A program made the translations under genes and the position numbers. From IMG/VR virus record IMGVR_UViG_3300025738_000168, positions 1-35,216 of that record: a DNA stretch of 35,216 nt. The stretch is one strand, 5' to 3'. The notes below the pieces were generated by a model. That model did not search any database. It worked only from the letters and a program-made list of their open reading frames with translations, and was not told the origin of the DNA. The stretch is from a virus (lineage: Duplodnaviria; Caudoviricetes). Below are positions 1 to 9,431 of this stretch, one piece after another; positions within the stretch are counted from its first letter, which is position 1; every line of letters starts with the position of its first letter.

Positions 1-3000
1 TTATTTGATTAAAGCAGGATCTACTGTGGTGGCTTTAGGGCCTCCTACTAAAGCCGTTTCGGGTGTAATAGGGTTTGTAAAATCATCTCCTGATTCGTTA
101 TTCAATACAAAATCACAACACGGTAATCCTGTTTCGTTTAAACCAACAGTATCTTTTTGAATCATTGTTAATGAAGTTGGCATTCTAGTTTCCCATTCAT
201 CTTCAACTGACCCCTCTACAACTTGCATTTCCTCAGCAATAGAAATGTATAGGTCATCTTCATTATCCAACACTAAGTCGCCACCATTCCAGATGTCACC
301 AGTTTCCATATAATACACTACGGCATCTTCAAAACCTGGACGAACAGGTATTACTGCTCTTGACATACCACTTTGTAAAAAGGCTTGAAAAATAGGGTCT
401 GCAGCATCATTTTGTTGAATTAAATCTTTCCAGTTACCTTGTTTTGCCCAATAGTAAGGGTAAAATAGGTATGCCATAATTTCCCAGTCAAAGGCTTGTT
501 CAAAGAATTTTACATGGGCTGCGTGGTTTTCAAACTCAACCGTTTGCTTAACATAAGGCACATCAGAACCTCCAATACCATAGTTGTCTTTTCCTAGTGG
601 GTTACCATAAGGTTTTGCCAACATTTCAATACAAATCCTTTTTAATTCTCTTTTTTCAATTGCTCTATTAAACAACGGATTAAAACGGATTTTTTCTTCT
701 TCTTGATTCTCACCAATACCTGCTGCTAACTTTGCATCTCTATACTCTTGTAAACGCTCATTATAGGCATCCACAATAGCTTTATACGTTTCATTTTGCC
801 ATTGTTGGAAATACTCTTCAGTTCTAACACACTTGATTACAATATTTACATTTACAATCCAATTCCATTCAAAATAAGCAGAAACAGGAACCTCTTCATT
901 GTAATGAGATCCAATAGGAATAAAAATGTCTTGATTAATATTCATGTTTATTCCTCCTACGGTAACATAAGTCCATCCACTTCCAGACACTCCAGATGTT
1001 TTAGCTTCAATAGCCTTGTACCCTTTTGTTACTTTAACGGTATCAGAAGGCGCTTTATTAGTTTTATTACTTCCATCACCTGCTTGTTGTGATTTAGTAA
1101 ATGAAGTTCCTGCATAGCTATATAATTCAGGAACAGCTCCTACTTCAGCACCATAAGCTGCTGCGAAGTTTTGATATTCTGATTCTGTAATATCTGCTGC
1201 ACTACTCAGGCCTAACGATTCTGGCGTTTTTGGCTCTTCAATTAAAAATATATTTTCTGATTCCTCCTCTTTATTTATAATTGCTTCTTTAAAAAATTTA
1301 GAAGGCTCAGGAACCATAAATTCATACATCAAACGTTTTCCATAATTCACCAGCTGATTCTTGTAAATAACATCAATCCAACGGTACACTCCAGAAACAT
1401 GCTGTTCTCCTTCTCTATTATCAAAACCGTGTTTGTTATTTTCTTCAAACTCTTTTAAAATACGTGACGTACGCTTTTTAGTTGTTTTTTGTACAATTCG
1501 CTCTAGTGTGCGTTCTGTAACTTCTTGTGCATAGGTTTGTGCATTACTATTTGATTGTGAACTTGATGATGAATTTGCAAAATCTGCATACCCTTCTGCA
1601 TGATATGTCCCTGATGGAAATTTACCATTAACTCCTGCAGACGCCCCAAATGCTGTAGATTTATCTTCATTTAATACTGATGAAACTTCAGTTTGCATTT
1701 CATTACGCTCAGTTGTTGACGAATCTGTTAAATTTTCAACTTCTTTTTCTGAGGTAGTTTCGGTTGTACGTTCAATACTTGTTAAATTCCTAGTTGATCG
1801 CTCTTTATATTCCCTAGCTAAAATGTTTTCAATATGTGATACTTGTCCCGGGACATAGCAACATACCTCTTGTTCTACTTTTCTAAAATCTGCTATACCA
1901 ACTTTATTAACACCGTACAGTTCAATATCAACCGGTAGTACTGGGTTATTCGTTATAAGTTCCCCACAACCTTTAGTATAAACTTTTGATATATAAACCC
2001 TTACACTATAAGTAACTTTATCTCCATTACTTAATGTAAATTCTCCAGATAAATCATAATAAGGTTCAGTTATAAAGAATGTTTTGTCATTAAACAATCT
2101 TAATTTTACTCCTCCACCTATTTGGCTAAACCCTAATGATTCTGTACTAGTAATTGTTGTCGCGCCATGTACCAATGTATGATTTTGACTTACTATATAA
2201 ACACCTGTGTTACCTAAATTTATAGTAAATAAAACATTAGTGCTTGGAGGCACAATGAATCCTTTTCTTTTAACAATTGTATTTACCAAAAAACAATATG
2301 GACTTAATTCTTGACCTATCTCTGGTCTAACGGTAACTCCATTTATTATTAAAGACTTATTTGTAGTTTTTATATTTGAAAAAAGCTCCCTATTTGCTTC
2401 TTTTAATTTAGCATCAACTAGTATTGAAGCTTCCTCTACTGTTTCTCTTTCTTCTAATTTTAATTCCTTAATAACATTTCTAGTATCATCACTAATATTT
2501 TTTAGGTATGCTTCAGTGAGTGGTTTTTCAAACGTAAAATCAAACTTAGGCAAATCTACCTCTAAAGGAATTTCTCTCGGCTCTCTTTTTTCTATTACAG
2601 CCAAATCATCCTCTTTTTTTTGGAGTTCTTCTTGATTTCTCTCAGCCACTTCAATCAAAGGTGCTATTACTTTTTCGTAAGAAGCCTTAGCTGACTCATA
2701 AGACTTTTTATATGCTTTTTGATAACTATAATCTACATCTTTAAGTTCAGTAGCAGCTACTTTTAATGCTGACACTTCTTCACCAATAAAATGTTCATTG
2801 GCAGCTCTTACTAATTCTTTATTAGTAGCTTCATAATTTCCTTTGCTAGAAACTGAATTATCTTCCTCTGTAGTAAAAGATTTATCAATAACTACTTTAG
2901 CATTTGCAAGACGTACTAAAAATTCTTCTTCCGTTCCTTCATGAACTGTAGCGTCATAAGTAGTGTATTTTGCAATAAAATTATTAGCTATGATTAATTG

Positions 3001-3423
3001 TATACATGCTTGCCTTACATAAGATGATTTTCTTGTCAATACTTGGTAGTACAAATTATCCCATAACTCATTAACTTTAGCATCTACTAAAGGAGTTAAT
3101 GATCCCATTTCCACAACAACTTCAGCTTTTGTAAAGTTGCTTCGGTTATTCATTAACCAAGAAGAAAAATTATATAAGTCTTTGTCTACTTCCTTTGTTT
3201 TTAAATACGTTTTTAAAGGATTAGTAAAATCATTCACTGCATCTCTTACAAAAGTTCTAGCCTGATTTATATCGGTTCCTTCTCCTATTTCTTCTAAAAA
3301 AACACTTTGCGAAGGGTTAGGATGAAAGATAAATCCTAAGTCTTTACGTTGTTCATTAATGAGCTGTGGTGTTCTCACTGTTACAAATCTAAACAGATCT
3401 GTTTTAATTGGTTTTGATGCCAT
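1..3423 (-). CDS. Large hypothetical protein (1140 aa), candidate toxin cargo, possibly a beta-pore-forming toxin
   Basis: Complete ORF with stop at 1-3 and no signal peptide. Coiled-coil N-half; C-half has GIADFRKVEQEVCCY..SHIENIL and FEQAFDWE..YLFYPYYW blocks plus a Ser/Thr-rich amphipathic segment (STAFGASAGVNGKFPSGTYHAEGYADF). Preceded by the locus promoter box. Function is inference. Confidence 0.55.
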   Translation of the reverse strand: MASKPIKTDLFRFVTVRTPQLINEQRKDLGFIFHPNPSQSVFLEEIGEGTDINQARTFVRDAVNDFTNPLKTYLKTKEVDKDLYNFSSWLMNNRSNFTKAEVVVEMGSLTPLVDAKVNELWDNLYYQVLTRKSSYVRQACIQLIIANNFIAKYTTYDATVHEGTEEEFLVRLANAKVVIDKSFTTEEDNSVSSKGNYEATNKELVRAANEHFIGEEVSALKVAATELKDVDYSYQKAYKKSYESAKASYEKVIAPLIEVAERNQEELQKKEDDLAVIEKREPREIPLEVDLPKFDFTFEKPLTEAYLKNISDDTRNVIKELKLEERETVEEASILVDAKLKEANRELFSNIKTTNKSLIINGVTVRPEIGQELSPYCFLVNTIVKRKGFIVPPSTNVLFTINLGNTGVYIVSQNHTLVHGATTITSTESLGFSQIGGGVKLRLFNDKTFFITEPYYDLSGEFTLSNGDKVTYSVRVYISKVYTKGCGELITNNPVLPVDIELYGVNKVGIADFRKVEQEVCCYVPGQVSHIENILAREYKERSTRNLTSIERTTETTSEKEVENLTDSSTTERNEMQTEVSSVLNEDKSTAFGASAGVNGKFPSGTYHAEGYADFANSSSSSQSNSNAQTYAQEVTERTLERIVQKTTKKRTSRILKEFEENNKHGFDNREGEQHVSGVYRWIDVIYKNQLVNYGKRLMYEFMVPEPSKFFKEAIINKEEESENIFLIEEPKTPESLGLSSAADITESEYQNFAAAYGAEVGAVPELYSYAGTSFTKSQQAGDGSNKTNKAPSDTVKVTKGYKAIEAKTSGVSGSGWTYVTVGGINMNINQDIFIPIGSHYNEEVPVSAYFEWNWIVNVNIVIKCVRTEEYFQQWQNETYKAIVDAYNERLQEYRDAKLAAGIGENQEEEKIRFNPLFNRAIEKRELKRICIEMLAKPYGNPLGKDNYGIGGSDVPYVKQTVEFENHAAHVKFFEQAFDWEIMAYLFYPYYWAKQGNWKDLIQQNDAADPIFQAFLQSGMSRAVIPVRPGFEDAVVYYMETGDIWNGGDLVLDNEDDLYISIAEEMQVVEGSVEDEWETRMPTSLTMIQKDTVGLNETGLPCCDFVLNNESGDDFTNPITPETALVGGPKATTVDPALIK

Positions 3424-3591
3424 AGTTATTGGTATAAATTTGTTATTTAAATTATTGTTTTTTTTTATTCTTTTTTAAATTAAGATTTCTTGATATCTTA
3501 ATTATTCCTAACCTATGCCCCTTGCTAGAAATTTTAGTAATAAAATGTGTAAAATATAAACGTCAAAAAAAAGTTCTATTTTTTGAGTTTA

Positions 3592-3656
3592 CAAAAGTAT
3601 ATAGGTAAGTCTCCCTGATGAAAAAAAACAGGGCTTTGATTCAGTAGTTTCAGTAG
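3592..3656 (-). promoter_or_regulatory. Locus box CTACTGAAACTACTGA (3641-3656) plus -7 element TACTTTTG (3592-3599)
   Basis: Seen in sequence; 41 nt spacer; TAnnTTTG is the established Bacteroidota sigma-70 -7 consensus. Confidence 0.8.
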
Positions 3657-3912
3657 ATTGTATTTCACGTATTAAGGACTCACATAAGTCAATACCTTTG
3701 CAGGTAAAATTGACCACAAGCTCTTTTACTAGTTGCCATTTGATTCAAAAACAATTGGCCTATCAACTGCAGTTTATTTATAAAAAGAAGGCCTTGAAAG
3801 TAGCTATCGAAAACTTAAAGTGAGTTTCAATTTTCAGAATGAAGGCAATAAATCCTTGATATATTTTGCTAAAGAAAAAGTAGTATTTAAAAGTAAGTTT
3901 TTTTGGGTTTGC

Positions 3913-4311
3913 TTACCTCTTAAATACTATACAGCCATTTTTAATATCTGCTGACGAAATAAACTCGGTGTTTTCTTGATCGAACTGTATAGTAAAACTC
4001 GTCTGATAATCTATTATTTCAATAAAAGAACCGTCACCTAAAATTTCAATTCCTAATTGCTCTTTTAACGCTGTAGCATCATCATCACAGATCATTTCGT
4101 TATTAGACAGGTATAAATCCATCTTTTGTATATCACCCAGCTTTTGAGCAGTAAATGTAACCTTGTATATTTCTGACTCAAATAATTTTTTTGAGGCTTT
4201 TCCGTTTATTATTGAATAGGAATTTGATAAGTCTATTGTATTTTTTACTCTTTTTAAACGAAAAATTCGTTTTGACGCATAAGTCTCTTCATGAGATTGT
4301 TTTTTCTTCAT
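3913..4311 (-). CDS. Hypothetical protein, paralog of 27124..27516
   Basis: Shares IDLS.SY, FESEIYKVTF, L.LS.NE.IC, LKE.LG.EI.GDGSF and FD.EN..FI with the 130 aa ORF. Confidence 0.8.
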   Translation of the reverse strand: MKKKQSHEETYASKRIFRLKRVKNTIDLSNSYSIINGKASKKLFESEIYKVTFTAQKLGDIQKMDLYLSNNEMICDDDATALKEQLGIEILGDGSFIEIIDYQTSFTIQFDQENTEFISSADIKNGCIVFKR

Positions 4312-4494
4312 AGGTTAAGTTTTGGAGTTTTGGCAGTTAAAGTTTGGACTAGTTTTCACCAATTTTAATTCTATCTTACCCTATAATGTTCCTGAATTTA
4401 AACTTTTGTTACCTCAAAAAAATTAGAAATTTAGTATTACTAGCCTGTCTGTTAGTGAAATTGACTAAAATATAATAAACCTTTACATTTTTAT

Positions 4495-5103
4495 TTAAAA
4501 TAGCTTAACTCCAAATTGAATTTGATGTGAAGGATTAGGAGTGTTTTTTAAATTAACCCCATACCCTACAAACCACTTGTTTTTATGTACATATTGTAAT
4601 CCTACATTTATAGCACTTAATTCCGTACTATTTCCTCCAACACCTGAATATATAAACATTCCGCTTTTAGGTACTTTCACGTTTTCAATAGTAGTTTCAG
4701 TAACCAAAGGGTATTTAAAATCATATTTTAACTTGTTTTCATATACCTTTCCATCCGTTAATACTGTGCTATAAATAGTAATATCTTTACTTTGCAAGGT
4801 ATCTTTATACTCATTTAACTGTAGTACTTCTTCTCCGGGTTTAAGAGCATCTAAACGAAATTGATTTTCAGTAATCCTTTTTAAAATATCCTCACTTGTT
4901 TTGACATATACTATTTTAGGTTTTACATTTTTATAAGCTTTAAATAATTTATGAATACTATCCATTTTACGGATCATTACTGTATCCTTCTCTACTCTAG
5001 TAGTAACCGTATTAGTTGATGTTCTTCTTAATTTATTGGCAAAGAGCAAGAGTACCAGTATTAAAATTATAATATGTTCAATTTTTATATCTCTAATTTT
5101 CAT
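4495..5103 (-). CDS. Putative spanin-like / outer-membrane lysis accessory protein
   Basis: N-terminal TM helix; C-terminal amphipathic beta strands ending QIQFGVKLF; directly after the endolysin. Confidence 0.5.
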   Translation of the reverse strand: MKIRDIKIEHIIILILVLLLFANKLRRTSTNTVTTRVEKDTVMIRKMDSIHKLFKAYKNVKPKIVYVKTSEDILKRITENQFRLDALKPGEEVLQLNEYKDTLQSKDITIYSTVLTDGKVYENKLKYDFKYPLVTETTIENVKVPKSGMFIYSGVGGNSTELSAINVGLQYVHKNKWFVGYGVNLKNTPNPSHQIQFGVKLF

Positions 5104-5117
5104 CTCATTTATATTCG

Positions 5118-5540
5118 TTATACAATAACTCTATAGCCTAGCAAACGATCTTTTGGGTAACTTGAAATTTTTACTTGATTATTTTGATTTCCACCAAGCA
5201 CAAAAATTTCATTACCAATAGCATTTATAAAAAATCCTACATGGCCTTTCCAACTTTTTTTGCTTCCTCTCCAAAAAATAACAACATCACCCATTTGCGG
5301 GCGATTGGTTTCCATACCAATTTTCAACCAACTTCTAGCATTTAGTTTTCCTGTATATGGTGCATCACTAGTTTTTAGTACCCAATTCACAAAGGCAGAG
5401 CACCAAGCTGTTTCATCTTTCAACTTGCTGCCATTAAAGCCTATTTCATCAAAATATTTTAAAATTTCCAGATTATCATTTTGACCTACAATCTCTTTTA
5501 CACCATATTCCTTAAAGGCGATTTCTACATGTTTTTTCAT
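5118..5540 (-). CDS. TIGR02594-family (CHAP/NlpC-like) endolysin
   Basis: DETAWCSAFVNW, ARSW, GDVVIFWRG, GHVGF and LGGNQ motifs; adjacent to the holin. Confidence 0.88.
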   Translation of the reverse strand: MKKHVEIAFKEYGVKEIVGQNDNLEILKYFDEIGFNGSKLKDETAWCSAFVNWVLKTSDAPYTGKLNARSWLKIGMETNRPQMGDVVIFWRGSKKSWKGHVGFFINAIGNEIFVLGGNQNNQVKISSYPKDRLLGYRVIV

Positions 5541-5670
5541 AATTCATTGTCTTTTTACATCCCAAAAGCAAACATTTATTTAAACAAATATTTGCTTATC
5601 AAGTATGATTGCTTCAATTTATTGTAATTTCTAACTACAAGTTTCATCAGCATTTATGTGCTTCTATTTA

Positions 5671-6132
5671 CTAAGCCGTTTTGGTGTCTATAGTACTTAA
5701 GAATTTTTTAAATAATTGTATCAATGCATTTCGTATCGCTTTCAACACCTTTGTTAGTGCATCAAAATTTTCTACTTCCTGCTTTGTTTTTATGGCTATA
5801 GCATTACTGAAAATTGAAATTCCGTCACTTACAATAAGTAAATCCATAACTATAGTTACAAACCATTTAAAGTTGTAATTAAGTCCTTTACTCATTAAGG
5901 CTAAAGCCATTGGAATTAGGAGAACCGCAAGTTTTGAAACAAAACCAAGCGCCAATATTTTAAAACTGAATGCTTTTTTTAAAACAATTGTTTTTACTAC
6001 TCCTAAAATGGTATCAATAACCATTAAGTAGAAGAGTACTTTTACAATTTCAATATCCATTTCTAAATACATAAAAACCCCATACAACAGTAATTTTAAT
6101 TCGTTTGAATACACTACTAGTTTATCTTTCAT
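5671..6132 (-). CDS. Phage holin family protein
   Basis: About three TM segments, IDTILGV and SIFSN motifs typical of toxin-secretion/phage holins, basic C-terminus, upstream of the endolysin. Confidence 0.75.
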   Translation of the reverse strand: MKDKLVVYSNELKLLLYGVFMYLEMDIEIVKVLFYLMVIDTILGVVKTIVLKKAFSFKILALGFVSKLAVLLIPMALALMSKGLNYNFKWFVTIVMDLLIVSDGISIFSNAIAIKTKQEVENFDALTKVLKAIRNALIQLFKKFLSTIDTKTA

Positions 6133-6153
6133 TTGGGTTGTTATTAGTTATTA

Positions 6154-6618
6154 TTAGTCGTCTACTATAGATTTTTGAGCATGATTAAAGTCTATTACTC
6201 CTAATAGGTTTGTAAATCGTTGCCCAAAAACAGAAAGGGTTTCATCTCTTTCATTTTCTCCAAGGTTATCACTAATAGTTTCTTGTACTACTCCAAATTT
6301 ATGTTTAGAATTTGATGCAATAAAATTGTCATTTAACAATTCTCCAGCAACTATATTTCCGCTTATATCAATACTTAAACTTAACCGTCTTAGGTAGTTA
6401 ATAAATCCTTTCCATTTTACAATTCGGTAACAGAAACTAATAGGATAAATTCCTAAAGCTGCTATGGAAGCAAATAAAAAGAGTATCCATTCTGCATAAT
6501 GCTTTTTTGAGATCAATAGTGTTAACAACAACACAATTGCCATTGGTAGCATGACCAATGTGGTTATTAAAAGCCATAGCAATGCCATGACTGTGAAAAT
6601 AAATTTTACAGTTTTCAT
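6154..6618 (-). CDS. Phage-type membrane protein of the lysis region
   Basis: Two N-terminal TM helices, then SIDISGN..ETISDNLG..IDFNHAQKSI, a pattern I recall from phage hypothetical proteins. Confidence 0.55.
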   Translation of the reverse strand: MKTVKFIFTVMALLWLLITTLVMLPMAIVLLLTLLISKKHYAEWILFLFASIAALGIYPISFCYRIVKWKGFINYLRRLSLSIDISGNIVAGELLNDNFIASNSKHKFGVVQETISDNLGENERDETLSVFGQRFTNLLGVIDFNHAQKSIVDD

Positions 6619-6832
6619 TATATTATTTGTTTTAATCCCACCTGTGGGTTTAATTCCTCGAGACTTACCTCGAATGGAAAATATTATTGTTAATTCATAC
6701 CTCGTGTGCTTACTCCTAGTATATTTATTTTTTGATGTAAGAATAACTACACTCGATGTATTGTGCTTATGTAGAAATGGCTAATTCAAATAAATTTTAA
6801 CCGAGTGTAGTATGTCTAAAAAAGAATAAAAA

Positions 6833-7777
6833 TTATTTTAGATTTCCTTTTAACTTTTCAACGAAATACGTTCTGACTGACTTGTCCTGCATGTCATTAA
6901 GCTCTAAGGCGTCAACATATCCCTGATAAGCTGCTCCTTCAGCAGCTGTTTTTCCTGAAGCTTCTAATTGCGCTTTAGTAGGGACATGTGTGTTTAACCA
7001 CGTAAATTCCGTATCATTTGCTATTGAACTATATAAATCAGTTGTTCCGTATGTTTTGTATTCGGTAAAATCAGTTGAATATTTCCTAGATAAGCTGCGT
7101 AAGGCATCATAAGCTTTCTTCTTTCCAGTACTTATTTCATCATCTATAAAAAACCCTAAAATAACTAGTATACTTCCCATTGTGGTAGAAGCTCTAGCCA
7201 TGACATTACTTCTTCGACTATGCCCTACTTCTAAAATTTGTCTATTGGTTTTGTAGATTTTAAATTTCGTTTTAGTATTTTCAACTGCAACATCTAAAGT
7301 TCCATCTTCAAAATAGTATTGCCATTTTTTCTCTTGAGAATACATTCCTCTTTCAGTAGGGTTAAAAGCCATATCTGAACTATGGTATTCATAGGTCTCT
7401 GTTATCTTAATTACAGCTTTTTTCACACTATCTTTTTCATAAAAATAAGTAGTTTCTTTTATAAGCCCGTCATTAGTTAAACTCACCTCTGCGTCCAAAC
7501 GTATTCCAGAAGCTAGTTCTGTTTTATAGTTAATCGCTGTAAGATCTTTACTTTTAACACTATCAACACAAAGTGAACGCAACAAATGTTTTTTAGCATT
7601 TTTCACATACCCATTTACTATTGCTGTTAAAGCGGTTGTGTCAGTATTAACATTAGGTGTAACAATTAATTTATCTTTCTCTATTTTTAATCTATCTAGT
7701 TTAATATCAGCTGTCTTTAAAAGAATTATTAACTCTTCTAAAATGATATCTCCTTTATCATATATTATATTTTCCAT
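6833..7777 (-). CDS. Hypothetical protein, possible tail-fibre-associated or assembly protein
   Basis: 314 aa ORF 10 bp downstream of the fibre-like gene; function inferred from position only. Confidence 0.5.
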   Translation of the reverse strand: MENIIYDKGDIILEELIILLKTADIKLDRLKIEKDKLIVTPNVNTDTTALTAIVNGYVKNAKKHLLRSLCVDSVKSKDLTAINYKTELASGIRLDAEVSLTNDGLIKETTYFYEKDSVKKAVIKITETYEYHSSDMAFNPTERGMYSQEKKWQYYFEDGTLDVAVENTKTKFKIYKTNRQILEVGHSRRSNVMARASTTMGSILVILGFFIDDEISTGKKKAYDALRSLSRKYSTDFTEYKTYGTTDLYSSIANDTEFTWLNTHVPTKAQLEASGKTAAEGAAYQGYVDALELNDMQDKSVRTYFVEKLKGNLK

Positions 7778-7787
7778 ATTGCTATTT

Positions 7788-9347
7788 TTAGATATTATCT
7801 GCTATTTTAAAAATCAAAACCTCTGCTTTATGTAACTCAGCAGTACGGAATAGAGAGTCATTAAATATCAGTTTGAAATTATGAGACCCAGGAGTAACAT
7901 TTGTAATACCAAAAAGTGTTCTTTTATGTCGTTGCTCCAATTTATCATCAACAAACTCTTCATTTATTACATCTAACTCCAAAAGATCGTTCAAAAACAT
8001 TTTAGCTACAAAATTTGAAAATGTAGAATCTGACGAAGCACTTATAGTACACATAAAAGCATACTGACCACCTCTTGCGAATGTCAAATCTTGATCTAAA
8101 TAATTTGTAGGTATTGACACCAACCCATTAAAATCAAAGTCTGAAGTACTATACTCTTCTCTTTTGAATGTTAGAAAATTTAAAACATCTAGGGTTTTAA
8201 CAAAGGTTTTATTTCCTGTATGATCCGTTCCATAAAAAGAATCGCTACTTGGAGTTTCAACATCTCCAACTAACTCTAAATTTCCTACAGTATCCGTAAT
8301 AGATTTTGCTTGCGCAGTTTTATCACGTTTTGCATTATTTAAGTCTTGAGCGGTTCCAGTATATCCTCCTTTATCAAGTTTGTCGTTTTGTAATGCAGTA
8401 ATATTTGTTTGTGACGCTAATATTTCATTAAATAAGTCCTGAGCAGTACCCGTATACCCACCTGCTGCCAATTTCTCAGCTAGTGATGTAGCAACATTAG
8501 CCGCAAAATTAACATCATCACCCAATGCATTGGAAAGTTCGTTTAATGTATCTAAGACTGCTGGTGAATTATCAATTAATGCCGATAATTTTGATGCTAC
8601 AAAATCTTCAATAGCTTTTACACTTGCAATTTTATCTGTAGCTCCAGAATTTGTAATCATGTCCTGAACCATATCCGCAACACCTTCCAAGTCTGACAAC
8701 TGTAAATTTTGCCATGACGTTCTTCCAGTTGCATCAGTACATTGTAAATACTTCCCAGCAGCTTCTATCCCGCTAGTCTGAAATAAAATACCATCATCAA
8801 TTGTTATTCTTGATTTTTGAGCAGGCCCTACAATATCTATTCGTTTATTTGCATTTACTTGAAAAAGCTCAGTTTGAAACTCTGCTGTTGTATTATCAAC
8901 GGTAAAATTAGTTCCATCTGCAATTACAAATTCTTTTAAAGCCTTAAAAATCAAACTTCCATTTTGATTTGCACCGTCTAGAATTCTTCTTTCTTTGATT
9001 GTTCCGTCTGAATTATAAATTGTCTTTAAACTTAATATTAAGTTATATAAACTTTGTGAAGTACCTGCATACCCTCCTGTTTCGGTTTTATTGTCTAATA
9101 AATCTTGTAAGTCTGTAATAAAACTTACTGGCATTTCATTAGGCAAATGGTATTTTGGTATTATAACACTTTGTCCTCCTACAAATAAAAAGGTGATATT
9201 TCCTTCGTCATCTGTAGTAACACTATCAATAATTTCTCCATCATTTTTATGAACTAAACTATCGAATACATCGATAAACTCTGTTTGTGTAGGCTTATCT
9301 CCTGTTTGAAAATAGGATTTTAAAGCCTGTATTGTTCTTATTGCCAT
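7788..9347 (-). CDS. Tail fibre-like protein
   Basis: N-terminal LKSYFQTGDKPTQTEF motif, phage-fibre motif SPAVLDTLNELSNALGDDVNFA, three GGY(A/T)GT(S/A)Q(S/D)L repeats, beta-rich C-terminal domain. Confidence 0.75.
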   Translation of the reverse strand: MAIRTIQALKSYFQTGDKPTQTEFIDVFDSLVHKNDGEIIDSVTTDDEGNITFLFVGGQSVIIPKYHLPNEMPVSFITDLQDLLDNKTETGGYAGTSQSLYNLILSLKTIYNSDGTIKERRILDGANQNGSLIFKALKEFVIADGTNFTVDNTTAEFQTELFQVNANKRIDIVGPAQKSRITIDDGILFQTSGIEAAGKYLQCTDATGRTSWQNLQLSDLEGVADMVQDMITNSGATDKIASVKAIEDFVASKLSALIDNSPAVLDTLNELSNALGDDVNFAANVATSLAEKLAAGGYTGTAQDLFNEILASQTNITALQNDKLDKGGYTGTAQDLNNAKRDKTAQAKSITDTVGNLELVGDVETPSSDSFYGTDHTGNKTFVKTLDVLNFLTFKREEYSTSDFDFNGLVSIPTNYLDQDLTFARGGQYAFMCTISASSDSTFSNFVAKMFLNDLLELDVINEEFVDDKLEQRHKRTLFGITNVTPGSHNFKLIFNDSLFRTAELHKAEVLIFKIADNI

Positions 9348-9367
9348 ATTGTATATGTTTTTTATAA

Positions 9368-9395
9368 GCCTTCTGAAATAAAATATTCAGAAGGC
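9368..9395 (-). terminator. Hairpin between the two fibre genes (weak terminator or mRNA stabiliser)
   Basis: GCCTTCTGAA-N8-TTCAGAAGGC; only a short U tail on the minus strand. Confidence 0.5.
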
Positions 9396-9431
9396 GATAA
9401 ATAATTTTTGCTTTTTTATAAAGCTTATTAA

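Noticed and set aside
4689-4703. Box-like match TTACTGAAACTACTA inside the spanin-like CDS
   Set aside because: It encodes VTETT within a gene and has no -7 element at the 41 nt spacing; probably chance.
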